Shown here: piece after piece, positions 28,850-38,368 of the stretch | Layout: the number at the start of each line of letters is the position of its first letter | How positions within the stretch are numbered: the first letter of the stretch is position 1 | Assembly: GCA_964482725.1 (NCBI GenBank) | Contig: CAYZYT010000008.1 | Span: 3,255 to 67,254 of the forward strand | DNA: 64,000 bases | From: an uncultured bacterium | Lineage (GTDB): Bacteria > Omnitrophota > Omnitrophia > Omnitrophales > Aquincolibacteriaceae | Direction: 5' to 3' | Position numbers and translations under genes: made by a program | Notes under the pieces: model-generated | Database searches by the model: none | Told to the model about the DNA's origin: nothing | Seen by the model: only the letters and a program-made list of their open reading frames with translations

Positions 28850-31531
28850 ATGCTCAACTTTATCTTAAAAAAGATCTTTGGAACTCAGAACACCCGAACC
28901 TTGAAACTGCTATGGCCGGTCGTGGCCCAGGTGAATGCTCTGGAGCCTGACATTCAAAAACTAACGGATGCGGAGCTTCGGGCCAAGACCGATGAGTTCC
29001 GGAAACGACTCGCGGAAGGGGCCACGCTCGATGATATCCTCCCGGAAGCTTTCGCGGTGGTACGCGAAGCCTCGAAGCGGACGACTAAAATGCGTCATTT
29101 TGATGTCCAGATCCTCGGCGGGCTCGTGCTTCATAAGGGAAAGATTGCTGAAATGTCCACTGGTGAAGGAAAGACCCTTGTGGCCACGCTTCCGGTCTAT
29201 CTCAATGCGCTCGAAGGCAAAGGCGTGCATCTTGTGACCGTGAACGATTACCTGGCTCGCCGCGACCGGAACTGGATGGGGCCGATCTATGAATTTCTCG
29301 GACTCACGGTAGGCGTGATCCAACATGATATCCCGCAGGAAGAACGTCAACAAGCCTATGCTTCGGACATCACATTCGGCACGAACAACGAATTTGGGTT
29401 TGATTATCTGCGTGACAACATGGTCACCCAGATCGAAATGCGCGTTCAGCGGCCGCTTCATTACGCGATCGTCGACGAAGTGGATTCGATCCTGATCGAT
29501 GAGGCTCGCACCCCGCTCATCATCTCCGGTCCCGCGGAAGATTCGACGGATAAATACTATAAAGCTCAGCGCGCGGCGCTTGCGCTCAAGGAGCACAGGA
29601 TCGTAAAGGAAGAGGTTGACCCCGAGTGGAAGGCTAAGCTTGAAGAGATCAAAAAGACGGTGGATTACATTGCCGATGAAAAGGCCAAGACGATCCGTAT
29701 GACGGAGCAGGGGGAAACCAAGGCCGCGAAGCTTATGGGTGTGAACAACATGCATGATTCGGATACGGTTGCGGAGCGGCATCACATCATGACCGCCTTG
29801 CGGGCCAAAGAGTTTTTTGAGAAGGACGTGGATTATGTGATCAAGGATGACGAGATCCTGATCGTCGATGAATTCACGGGCCGCCTCATGCCGGGCCGTC
29901 GTTTTTCAGACGGGTTGCATCAGGCGCTTGAAGCCAAAGAGGGCGTGGAGATCCGCCGCGAGAACCAGACGCTTGCGACCGTGACGTTCCAGAATTATTT
30001 CCGTATGTACAAAAAACTAGGCGGGATGACCGGGACCGCCGCGACCGAGGCGCTCGAGTTCGATAAGATCTATAAACTGGATGTGGTGGTGATGCCGCCG
30101 AACCGTCCGTGCGTGCGCATCGATTCGGCGGATTGTATTTACAGGACCGAGAAAGAAAAATTCGATGCGGTCGTGCGCGAAGTTGCGGAAGAACATAAAA
30201 AAGGAAGGCCGGTGCTGGTCGGGACGATCTCGATCGAAAAGTCCGAACGCCTGAGCCGCATGCTGCAGAAGATCAATCTTCCGCATGTTGTCTTGAATGC
30301 CAAGTATCACGAAAAAGAAGCCGAGATCGTGGCGCAGGCCGGACAGCCGGCCGTGGTGACGATCGCGACGAATATGGCGGGTCGCGGAACGGATATCGTG
30401 CTCGGGCCTGGGGTGGCGGATAAGGGCGGGCTGACGGTGATCGGGACCCAACGACATGAGGCCCGGCGTATCGATAATCAGTTGCGGGGCCGGTGCGGAC
30501 GCCAGGGCGATCCAGGCTCTTCGAAATTCTTTATCTCGATGGAAGATGAACTGATGCGTCTTTTTGGGTCGGACCGGATCTCGTCTATGATGCAGCGCCT
30601 CGGGATGCAGGAAGGCGACGAGATCCAGCATCCGCTCGTGAGCCGGGCCATGGAAACGGCGCAAAAGCGCGTGGAGGCGCACAACTTCGAGATCCGCAAA
30701 CACTTGCTTGAGTATGATGACGTGATGAACCGTCAGCGCGAACTGATCTATGGCGAGCGCGATCTGGTCTTGAAGGGTTCTCCGGAAGAACTGAAGAAGC
30801 ATGTTCTTTTGATGGTCGAGAATGTGGTGGAGAGCCTGGTGTTGACCTATGTCAATCCGGATATTCGGGAAGAGGACAAGAATCCCGAAGGCCTGATCTC
30901 GGCATTGAGTGAAAAATTCGGTGCGGGTTTCCGCGAAGTCGTAGAAAAGAATCTGGACGATATGGACGGGCTGCTCGAGGCCTTGGAGGAAAAAGTGGGT
31001 GAGCAGCTGAATCGCCGGGAACAGGAGTTCGGGCCGGAACGCATGCAATATCTGGTGCGGTACATCCTTCTTCAGGTGATCGACACGAAATGGAAGGAAC
31101 ATCTCTATGGGCTCGACAATCTTCGCGAGGGGATCGGGCTTAGGGCCTATGGACAGCGCGACCCGCTTGTGGAATACAAGCGCGAAGCTTTTGATATGTT
31201 CGATCAAATGACAGACCGTGTGAAGGAAGAAGCCGTCGAACTTCTTTTTCGGGTCCAGCAGGTCCATGAGACCAAGCTTGCGAACCCGATCGAGGATTCC
31301 AAGGCCCAGTATCTGCATCCCGAAGCGGGATTGTCAGAAAGCAAAGGGCCGTCTTCCTCAAAATTGCCCCGGGGCATGGGCGCTCCGTCGCCTTTTTCTC
31401 CGCGCAATGAGGCTCCGGACGATCAAGCGCCGGCTCCCATCAAGCGGGTTCATGATAAAGTCGGTCGCAACGATCCTTGTCCCTGCGGCAGCGGCCAAAA
31501 ATATAAAAAGTGCTGCGGAATTAACGAATAG
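28850..31531 (+). CDS. secA: Preprotein translocase ATPase SecA
   Basis: [53 protein letters not shown] motif [11 protein letters not shown]. Confidence 0.98.
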   Translation: MLNFILKKIFGTQNTRTLKLLWPVVAQVNALEPDIQKLTDAELRAKTDEFRKRLAEGATLDDILPEAFAVVREASKRTTKMRHFDVQILGGLVLHKGKIAEMSTGEGKTLVATLPVYLNALEGKGVHLVTVNDYLARRDRNWMGPIYEFLGLTVGVIQHDIPQEERQQAYASDITFGTNNEFGFDYLRDNMVTQIEMRVQRPLHYAIVDEVDSILIDEARTPLIISGPAEDSTDKYYKAQRAALALKEHRIVKEEVDPEWKAKLEEIKKTVDYIADEKAKTIRMTEQGETKAAKLMGVNNMHDSDTVAERHHIMTALRAKEFFEKDVDYVIKDDEILIVDEFTGRLMPGRRFSDGLHQALEAKEGVEIRRENQTLATVTFQNYFRMYKKLGGMTGTAATEALEFDKIYKLDVVVMPPNRPCVRIDSADCIYRTEKEKFDAVVREVAEEHKKGRPVLVGTISIEKSERLSRMLQKINLPHVVLNAKYHEKEAEIVAQAGQPAVVTIATNMAGRGTDIVLGPGVADKGGLTVIGTQRHEARRIDNQLRGRCGRQGDPGSSKFFISMEDELMRLFGSDRISSMMQRLGMQEGDEIQHPLVSRAMETAQKRVEAHNFEIRKHLLEYDDVMNRQRELIYGERDLVLKGSPEELKKHVLLMVENVVESLVLTYVNPDIREEDKNPEGLISALSEKFGAGFREVVEKNLDDMDGLLEALEEKVGEQLNRREQEFGPERMQYLVRYILLQVIDTKWKEHLYGLDNLREGIGLRAYGQRDPLVEYKREAFDMFDQMTDRVKEEAVELLFRVQQVHETKLANPIEDSKAQYLHPEAGLSESKGPSSSKLPRGMGAPSPFSPRNEAPDDQAPAPIKRVHDKVGRNDPCPCGSGQKYKKCCGINE

Positions 31532-31610
31532 AGACAAAGATGCATAGACGCACAGAAGCAAAGAATTTTAGAGTTCTAAGGTTCTCTGTTTCTTGTTTCT
31601 TGGCTTCTGC
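31529..31610. repeat. NAGANRCA octamer inverted-repeat hairpin (family c, copy 1)
   Basis: tagagaca-aagatgca-tagacgca-cagaagca ... tctctgtt-tcttgttt-cttggctt; starts at the secA stop. Confidence 0.65.
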
Positions 31611-31616
31611 AGTTTC

Positions 31617-33212
31617 ATGAAGCCTTCTGCCGAACGAAGTGTCCCGTATTCCTTTCTTCGCACGCCCTATCTCTATCAAATCGTTTCCGGTCTGCTCCTG
31701 GCGCTCTGCTATCCCTCCACGGGCTGGGGGTTCCTGGCCTGGTTTGCTCTCGTGCCGCTTCTTGCCTCCCTGCATCATGCTCAGAATCATTCTCAGGCCC
31801 TGGGTTTTGGGCTGATCACCGGGATCGTCTTCTTTGTTTTCTCTATTCATTGGCTGACTTATGTGTCGACCGTGGGCTGGCTCCTCGTGGTGCTGATGGA
31901 ATCGGTTTATCTCATGGCGTTCTCGTGGCTCGCGTATCTGGGGATCCGGTCCCCAAAATCCGTCCCCTTCAAGATCTTATGGATCGCGCTTGCGTGGACG
32001 GTGATGGAGATCCTTCGCTCCGAAATGCCGGTGTTCGGCTTCGGATGGAATCTGCTGGCCTATGCCCAGTCTCCTTATGTTTCTCTCATCCAGTTCGCCA
32101 ATGTTCTGGGTTCTTATGGCCTTGGTTTCTTGATCGTGTGTGTGAACGCATCCCTGATGTACGCCTGGTTCAGGCGCAAAGACTGGGGGGTGGCACTGAG
32201 TTTGGTCGCGGTCATTGTTTTGATTTTTGGCGGGCTTTGGAGCTACGGAACTACAGTTCTTGCAAAACCGGCGGCGCCTATGGAATATTTACGTGTCTCC
32301 GTGGTGCAGGGGAATATCCCGCAGTCCGTGAAATGGGAAATCATGGCCAAGGAGAAGATCCTTGAGATTTACGAGAAACTCACCCAGCTCGCGGCGCTTG
32401 AACAGCCGGACTTGATCCTTTGGCCGGAGGCTGCTTTCCCGGGTTATTTCAACCGGGACCTCCAGGCGGAACGGATCTCCCGGCTCGCGCAAGAGATCCA
32501 AACGCCGCTTTTGCTCGGCGGGCTTGAATGGGAAAGTGAAAGAGAATCCTATAACAGTGCTTATTTTCTAAAAAAAGATGGCGCCTCCGGACAGCGTTAC
32601 GACAAGCTTCGGCTGGTTCCCTTCGGAGAATACATTCCGCTCAAAGCTGTTTTTGGATGGCTGACACCGATTGCCGACGCGTTCGGGATCAGTGATTTTA
32701 ACGCCGGGAAAGATCCCGTGGTCTTCCGCTGGGCGCGCGAGGCCTGGCCCTTCGGGGTCCTGATCTGTTTCGAGGACGTCTTTCCGGATCTTGCGCGGGA
32801 GCTTGCGGATCGCGATGCGAAATTCCTTGTTGTGATCACGAATGATGCCTGGTTCGGGAAGACCGGCGCGCCTTTCCAGCATCTTCAGGCCTCGATCTTC
32901 CGTGCGGTGGAAAATGGCGTGGCGGTCATCCGGGCGGCCAATACCGGCGTTTCGGGGTTCATCTCTCATCAAGGGCGCGTCCTTGCAACTCTGAAAGATC
33001 CCAAAGGCGAAGCGACTTTTGTGATGGGGCAGAAGACGCTCGACTTGCCGCTGATCGCGGAGCGGACGCTTTTCCGGCAAGGCGGATTTTTATTTCCGTA
33101 TTTTGCGGTGGCTCTCTTTTTGATCATGGGGTTATTCTTATTCAGAAAAAGGCTCGCTAATGAGAAGCAGAGAATCAAAGAGACAGAGATGCCGAGAGAC
33201 AGAGACGCATAG
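31617..33212 (+). CDS. lnt: Apolipoprotein N-acyltransferase
   Basis: Multi-TM N-terminus, VQGNIPQ, WPEAA, YDKLRLVPFGEY, LICFE, TNDAWF, RAANTGVS. Confidence 0.96.
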   Translation: MKPSAERSVPYSFLRTPYLYQIVSGLLLALCYPSTGWGFLAWFALVPLLASLHHAQNHSQALGFGLITGIVFFVFSIHWLTYVSTVGWLLVVLMESVYLMAFSWLAYLGIRSPKSVPFKILWIALAWTVMEILRSEMPVFGFGWNLLAYAQSPYVSLIQFANVLGSYGLGFLIVCVNASLMYAWFRRKDWGVALSLVAVIVLIFGGLWSYGTTVLAKPAAPMEYLRVSVVQGNIPQSVKWEIMAKEKILEIYEKLTQLAALEQPDLILWPEAAFPGYFNRDLQAERISRLAQEIQTPLLLGGLEWESERESYNSAYFLKKDGASGQRYDKLRLVPFGEYIPLKAVFGWLTPIADAFGISDFNAGKDPVVFRWAREAWPFGVLICFEDVFPDLARELADRDAKFLVVITNDAWFGKTGAPFQHLQASIFRAVENGVAVIRAANTGVSGFISHQGRVLATLKDPKGEATFVMGQKTLDLPLIAERTLFRQGGFLFPYFAVALFLIMGLFLFRKRLANEKQRIKETEMPRDRDA

Positions 33213-33340
33213 AAACAAAGAAGCCAAGGGGCGTAGAGGTGAAGATGCATAGAAACAAAGAAGCAAAGAGGCATAGAAGCATAGAAAGGAGCAGGATTTT
33301 CTTCTGCTTTTTCTTGAGTCTCTGCTTCTCTGCGTCTTGT
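33162..33340. repeat. NAGANRCA octamer array (about 16 units) with inverted arm (family c, copy 2)
   Basis: gagaagca-gagaatca-aagagaca-...-tagaagca, then tgcttttt..tctgcttc-tctgcgtc; overlaps the lnt 3' end and the next ORF. Confidence 0.8.
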
Positions 33341-33484
33341 GTGTTTTCCGGTTGCGTCCGCGTCGGCGCAGGGGCCGGCTATTGGCATACCCACCCGGAC
33401 GGCGGTACGACCGTGAAACAGGCAGGCTTCGACACGGCCCATTTGATTCCCGGGGATTCGACGGCAGGAAAAATTACGGTTTAA
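33239..33484 (+). CDS. Small putative lipoprotein (start uncertain)
   Basis: Basic n-region, hydrophobic stretch, FSGC lipobox, then non-repetitive VRVGAGAGYWHTHPDG... Confidence 0.5.
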   Translation: MKMHRNKEAKRHRSIERSRIFFCFFLSLCFSASCVFSGCVRVGAGAGYWHTHPDGGTTVKQAGFDTAHLIPGDSTAGKITV

Positions 33485-33486
33485 AG

Positions 33487-34245
33487 CTAGATCAGGGAAA
33501 GGCCACCGTCGGCAATCACTGTTTGGCCGACGATCCATGAGGATTCGGGGGAGCAGAGGAATGCCACGACGCGCGCAAGGTCTTCGGGCTTTCCGATCCT
33601 GCCGCCCGGAGTTCTTTTTAGCACCTCCGCTTTGAAATCGTCAAAAAACGGGAACATTTTCAACGCGTCCGTATCCACCAACCCGCCTGAGACGCAATTC
33701 ACGCGGATCCCTTTAGGCATCAATTCTACGGCCAAGTAGCGCATCGTGGCTTCGATCGCGGCTTTGGAGATGCCGATGGCGCCGTAATTGGGAATAAAAT
33801 GGTGTGCGCCCAAACTTGAGAGGGCGATGATGATGCCTTCTTTTTTGGCCTCCATGATCGGAAGGGCCTTTTGCGCAAGGGCGAGGAACGCTTTGGCATT
33901 GATGTTCATCGAAAGGTCCCAGTGGTTCATCTTGAGCCGGTGGACGGCTTTGAATGCGCCCAGGGCGGCATTGTGGATCAGGATATCGAGGGTTCCAAAG
34001 GTTTTGAGGATGTCTTCAAAGAGAGCTTTGTGCGAATCGAGGTCTCCGACATTCGCCTGGAATGCGGCAGCTTTCACGCCTTTGGCGAGGAGTTCGTCGA
34101 CCGTTTTCCGGGCAGCGTCTTCATTTTGGAGATAATTGACCGCGATATGGACGCCATCGTCGGCTAAACGGAGGGCGATGGCCCGTCCGATCCCTCGGGA
34201 AGCTCCGGTGATGAGTGCAACTTTGCCTTTCATAGAATTTAGCAT
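33487..34245 (-). CDS. Enoyl-ACP reductase, FabL-like SDR
   Basis: ITGASRGIG, HNAALG, SSLGA, YGAIGISK (Yx6K), VSGGLVDTDALKMFP, IVGQTVIADGG. Confidence 0.8.
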   Translation of the reverse strand: MLNSMKGKVALITGASRGIGRAIALRLADDGVHIAVNYLQNEDAARKTVDELLAKGVKAAAFQANVGDLDSHKALFEDILKTFGTLDILIHNAALGAFKAVHRLKMNHWDLSMNINAKAFLALAQKALPIMEAKKEGIIIALSSLGAHHFIPNYGAIGISKAAIEATMRYLAVELMPKGIRVNCVSGGLVDTDALKMFPFFDDFKAEVLKRTPGGRIGKPEDLARVVAFLCSPESSWIVGQTVIADGGLSLI

Positions 34246-34355
34246 AGTCCCAATACCTTTCAATTTTAACGAAGCGGTCCCAATACCAATCAATCACAGC
34301 TTTCTGTGATTGGCGCCGTCCAAGTCGCCGTCCCAAAAAATAAAGACTTGGACGG
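34246..34355 (-). promoter_or_regulatory. Conserved structured leader element, copy C (abuts the FabL-like start)
   Basis: Minus strand: CCGTCCAAGTC..GACTTGGACGG CGCCAATCACAG-AAAG-CTGTGATTG ATTGGTATTGGGACCGC TTCGTTAAAATTGAAAGGTATTGGGACT-ATG. Confidence 0.7.
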
Positions 34356-34517
34356 AAATTGGGGCAATCCCGGCAGCCATTGATGATATGAAAATAAATA
34401 CAAGATGGGCGATAAGATAACAGATAATAGAGCAAATCCAAAAGAAAAAAAGATTCTTGGGGCTCCTCGAAGGGCTATGCTATAATTTCCCGCTCAAAAA
34501 CCACAACGAACGAGATC

Positions 34518-35138
34518 GTGAATTCTATCAAGAATTATCTGCAGGTCTTTCAGCGCCGGGTACTGGACGGGATCGTCAAACATTTCGCCCACGGCGCGCT
34601 TGAGGCTCGGGCGGAAAAGATCGTTCAGCTTTTTGAAAATCAGATCCCGAGGGGAAGCCGGATCCTGGATTTGGGAGGCGGGTGGGGTTTTTACGCAGAG
34701 CCTCTCAAAAAGAGAGGGCACGAGCATCTCGTTTTGGACGTCGTGAACCCGGGCTATCAGAAGGCCCCTGTGGTGCTGTATGACGGCCTGAAGATCCCGT
34801 TCCCGGATCAAAGTTTTGATGTCACGATCCTCATGACCATGTTGCACCACGTGCCGGACCCGCAGGCGCTTTTTAAAGAAGTGCTCAGGGTGACGCGCCA
34901 CAAGGTCGTAGTCGTCGAGGATCTCTATTGCCACGCAGCGGGGCGGTTCTGGACCATTTGTAGAGATCGTTTTTTAAATGTAGAGTTCACAACTCATCCG
35001 CACCAGTTCCGTTCGGATGGTGGCTGGCGGGATTTTTTTAAAGCTTCGGGTTTTGAGGTCAGCTCTTTTAAAAGTTTTTATACTTGGCTTTCAGGATTTC
35101 GCATCCTGAATGGTGTTTACGTTTTGGAGAAATCGTAA
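34518..35138 (+). CDS. Class I SAM-dependent methyltransferase
   Basis: ILDLGGGWG, YDGLKIPFPDQSFD, MLHHVPD. Confidence 0.9.
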   Translation: MNSIKNYLQVFQRRVLDGIVKHFAHGALEARAEKIVQLFENQIPRGSRILDLGGGWGFYAEPLKKRGHEHLVLDVVNPGYQKAPVVLYDGLKIPFPDQSFDVTILMTMLHHVPDPQALFKEVLRVTRHKVVVVEDLYCHAAGRFWTICRDRFLNVEFTTHPHQFRSDGGWRDFFKASGFEVSSFKSFYTWLSGFRILNGVYVLEKS

Positions 35139-35144
35139 CCAAAT

Positions 35145-35176
35145 GTCATCCCCGCTGGAAGCATTCAGGGATGACA
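35145..35176. repeat. REP-like palindrome TGTCATCCC..GGGATGACA
   Basis: 9-bp inverted repeat; related to 42984-43025 and 41143-41210. Confidence 0.55.
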
Positions 35177-35194
35177 AAGGGAAGATATCGAACG

Positions 35195-35602
35195 ATGACA
35201 CGGCTTGCGATCGAAAAGATACTCTGGATCAAAGAAGGTGAGGGCATTACGGCCTGTGGCCGTATCCCAGAGGATTCCGAATTTTTTAAGGACCATTTCC
35301 CGGGGTTCCCCGTGTTGCCGGGGGTGTTGGCGCTTGAGATGCTTAAGCAGACTGCGGAGCGGTATCTGGCGTCCCTTCCGAGCGGTGAAGGACAGCATTA
35401 TTTCTTGAAGCAGATCCGAGCGACCCGGTTTACGAAATATCTCAGGCCCGGCGATGAATGGGAAAGTCGTCTCATGCTCACGCAAAGCGAGGGAGAGGAA
35501 ACGACCTGGGACGCTAAATTGTTTTATCACGGCGATGTCGCCGTATCGGCCAAGTTGACGTTGGCCAAAGTTAAGAACCCGCAATCATCAGCAGTGTCAT
35601 AG
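35195..35602 (+). CDS. FabZ/FabA-like hydroxyacyl-ACP dehydratase
   Basis: FFKDHFPGFPVLPGVLALEML, F..YLRPGD. Confidence 0.85.
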   Translation: MTRLAIEKILWIKEGEGITACGRIPEDSEFFKDHFPGFPVLPGVLALEMLKQTAERYLASLPSGEGQHYFLKQIRATRFTKYLRPGDEWESRLMLTQSEGEETTWDAKLFYHGDVAVSAKLTLAKVKNPQSSAVS

Positions 35603-35624
35603 ACAACTTAGGAAGGACGATAGA

Positions 35625-36038
35625 ATGATCATGGAGAAAGAACTCTTTACGAAAGTTCAGCAAACACTTGCCGGCGCCCTCGGCGTCGATGAGGCGGATA
35701 TCGTGCCGGAAGCTTCCTTGAAGCGGGATCTTGGCGCAGAGTCCATCGATTTCATTGATATCGTTTTCCGTCTTGAGAAGGCGTTTGATCTCAAGATCCC
35801 GGCCGGAGATCTTTTTCCGAGCCATCTTCTGAACGATGAGCGCTTCGTGAAGGAAGGCATGGTCACGCCGGAGGGGCTCGCGGAGCTTCGTACAAAGCTG
35901 CCTTACCTCGAACTCGAAGAATTCACCAAAGATCCTCAGATCACAAAGCTGGCGGATTGTTTTACGGTGAAGATGCTGCTTCGTTATCTGAACGACCGCT
36001 TGGGCAAGAGTTCCTGCGACGATCAATGCTGCTCGTAA
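35625..36038 (+). CDS. Acyl carrier protein with a large insertion
   Basis: DLGAESIDFIDIVFRLEKAF (Ppant Ser); ~45 extra aa before the final helix FTVKMLLRYL. Confidence 0.88.
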   Translation: MIMEKELFTKVQQTLAGALGVDEADIVPEASLKRDLGAESIDFIDIVFRLEKAFDLKIPAGDLFPSHLLNDERFVKEGMVTPEGLAELRTKLPYLELEEFTKDPQITKLADCFTVKMLLRYLNDRLGKSSCDDQCCS

Positions 36039-36607
36039 AACAAAAAACCGCCAGCTCAAAACACAGAGCGAGGCTCGCCCCAGCTTCCAATTACAGTCGA
36101 GGGGCGGCCACGCTGTGCGGCGTGGGTGTGGATCTGGTGTCCTGCCACCGCGTGAGGCAATTTCTTTCGCGCCACCGGGATTATGTTCGCGAACGTTTCC
36201 TGAATCCCTCGGAGCGTCGGTCCTTCAAACGTCTTTCCCTCCAAGCCTTTGCGGAACTTTTTACGGCCAAGGAAGCCTTTTTCAAGGCGTGCGGCGAGTC
36301 GTGGATGGGGCTCGAAGGGTTCCAGGGCATGCGGATGAAACGATGCGAGGGTGATCATTTTGAGATGGAATGGCGGACCGGGCGCACCCAGAAGCTCTAT
36401 CGCGGGGAAGGGCATTTTTTCCGAAGCGGGGACCTGGTAGGCGCGCAGGCCATGATCTGGAGATGGAGCCCCACGGCTTTACGATCGCGGTCCCCACATG
36501 TTTTAGCGACATCCCGCCGCCGAAGTATCCACGCCAAAATGCGGCGGGATTATCCCGCGTCTTCATTGCCGGCTTTACAGCCGGTGCCTTCGGCGAAGGC
36601 GGGATAA
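36026..36607 (+). CDS. acpS: AcpS-type phosphopantetheinyl transferase (N- and C-terminal extensions; start uncertain)
   Basis: GVGVDLV..R..FLNPSE..FTAKEAFFKA. Confidence 0.8.
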   Translation: MLLVKQKTASSKHRARLAPASNYSRGAATLCGVGVDLVSCHRVRQFLSRHRDYVRERFLNPSERRSFKRLSLQAFAELFTAKEAFFKACGESWMGLEGFQGMRMKRCEGDHFEMEWRTGRTQKLYRGEGHFFRSGDLVGAQAMIWRWSPTALRSRSPHVLATSRRRSIHAKMRRDYPASSLPALQPVPSAKAG

Positions 36608-36608
36608 C

Positions 36609-37076
36609 ATGCGCTGGCTTCTTCTTGAAAAAGTCCATTCGATCCACAAGGGAAAAAAGGCCGTTGCTTCTGCGAAGGTTCCCCAAGCTCCTTACAGTTC
36701 GGAAGTTCTTTTTATTGAAATGATGGCGCAGACCGGCGGTCTTTTGGTCGGTGCGGAAAGCGATTACCAAAAAGATCTCATCTTCGCGAAGATCGAATGC
36801 GCGACCATCTCAAAGGTTCCGAAGTCCGGCACCGCGATTCAAATCGAGGCTTGGTCCGAAAGTCTCGGGACCGAAGGAGGTTGGCTTGAGGCGACGATCA
36901 CTTGTGCCGAAGGATTGGTCGCGAGCGCGAAGCTCCTGCTGATGGCCGTGAGCGGACTTTCCGCGGAACAGACGAAGTCCATCACATTCCACGAGGCTTT
37001 CATGAATCATTTTAACGTCCGCGAGAAGATCCTTCCATCCCTGCCTGGCGGGGAGCCCGGCGCAACGCAGGGCTGA
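36609..37076 (+). CDS. Degenerate FabZ-like hotdog-fold protein
   Basis: MRWLLLEKV, LFIEMMAQTGGLL, LIFAKIE; lacks the HFP catalytic segment. Confidence 0.7.
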   Translation: MRWLLLEKVHSIHKGKKAVASAKVPQAPYSSEVLFIEMMAQTGGLLVGAESDYQKDLIFAKIECATISKVPKSGTAIQIEAWSESLGTEGGWLEATITCAEGLVASAKLLLMAVSGLSAEQTKSITFHEAFMNHFNVREKILPSLPGGEPGATQG

Positions 37077-37081
37077 TCTTC

Positions 37082-38368
37082 ATGACCGAAAAACGCCGTG
37101 TTGTGATCACAGGTTTTGGGGTTATCACGCCGTGCGGGAACGGCTGGGAACCTTATTGGGAGGCCGCTCTTCACGGGCGGTCCGCGATCCGAAGTGCCGA
37201 TCCCCTCAAGATGAATTGCCCCTCTTTTAAATATGCCGGGATGCTGTCCGGGTTCGAACCGAAAGAATTTATTGAGAACCGGAAATCCATCAAGTTGATG
37301 TCCCGCGAGATCCAGATGGCGGTTGCGGCAAGTCGTCTGGCGCTTCAGGACGCCAAACTTTCTCCGGAGCATTATGACCCCACGCGGGTTGGCGTCACGC
37401 TCGGCACCGGGATCATCAATAACGATCTCGATGAGATCGGCATGGGCTTTAGGAACGGGCTGGATGAGAACGGGCATTTTTCCATGACCAAGTTCGGGCA
37501 AGAGGGCGTTCGCTCGCTTTTTCCTCTTTGGTTCCTGAAGTATCTTCCGAACATGCCGGCCTGTCATGTCTCCGTTGCGAATCATCTTCGGGGCCCGAAC
37601 AATACCATCACGACGTCCTCCGCGGCGAGCACCCAGGCGATCGGGGAAGCCTACCGTGTGATCGAGCGTGGAGATGCGGATATTATGTTGGCGGGCGGCA
37701 CGGACTCGAAACTTAATGCGATGGGGATCTCACGTTTCCAGCTCCTCGGGCTTCTTTCAACAAGAGAAGCCTCTCCCGAGAAGGTTTACTGTCCTTTTGA
37801 CAAAAAACATGACGGAATAGTCCTGGGCGAAGGTTCGGGGATCCTGGTGCTGGAATCCCTCGCGAGTGCAAAAAAACGCGGGGCCTCGATCTACGCGGAG
37901 ATCGCCGGCTACGGATCTTCCTCTGATTTTAATTATGATCCGCGGGATCCGGATGATTTTACGGGCAAGCGCGTGGCGATTCGCCGGGCGCTTGAAGATG
38001 CCGCGATCGAGCCCGCGGATGTCGATGTTCTTGTGGCGAATGGCAGCGGTATTCCCCAAGAAGATGCTCAGGAGTCGCTCGCGGTCCATTCCTTTTATGC
38101 GTCGACTTTCAAAAAACTTCACGTCACTGCCGTGAAACCTGTGACGGGGAATCTGGTTTACGGGACCGGAAGTATCGAGGCGGTGGTTGCAGCCTTGACC
38201 ACGAAAAAAGGACAAGTGCCGCCGGTCACGAATCTTGAAAATCCGGATCCGGAGTGCTCGCTTCCGTTCGTCAAAGATAAAGCGAAATCTTGCCAAGTCA
38301 ACGTGGCCGTCCTGAACACCTTCGGGCTGGGCGGCCAAAACGCATCCCTGGTGTTTAAAAAATGCTAA
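37082..38368 (+). CDS. Ketosynthase-like protein without the catalytic triad (chain-length-factor-like)
   Basis: RRVVITGFG, LGEGSG and NTFGLGGQNASL are present, but TTSSAAS (C to S), ANGSG (H to N) and TGNL (H to N) replace the catalytic residues. Confidence 0.85.
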   Translation: MTEKRRVVITGFGVITPCGNGWEPYWEAALHGRSAIRSADPLKMNCPSFKYAGMLSGFEPKEFIENRKSIKLMSREIQMAVAASRLALQDAKLSPEHYDPTRVGVTLGTGIINNDLDEIGMGFRNGLDENGHFSMTKFGQEGVRSLFPLWFLKYLPNMPACHVSVANHLRGPNNTITTSSAASTQAIGEAYRVIERGDADIMLAGGTDSKLNAMGISRFQLLGLLSTREASPEKVYCPFDKKHDGIVLGEGSGILVLESLASAKKRGASIYAEIAGYGSSSDFNYDPRDPDDFTGKRVAIRRALEDAAIEPADVDVLVANGSGIPQEDAQESLAVHSFYASTFKKLHVTAVKPVTGNLVYGTGSIEAVVAALTTKKGQVPPVTNLENPDPECSLPFVKDKAKSCQVNVAVLNTFGLGGQNASLVFKKC

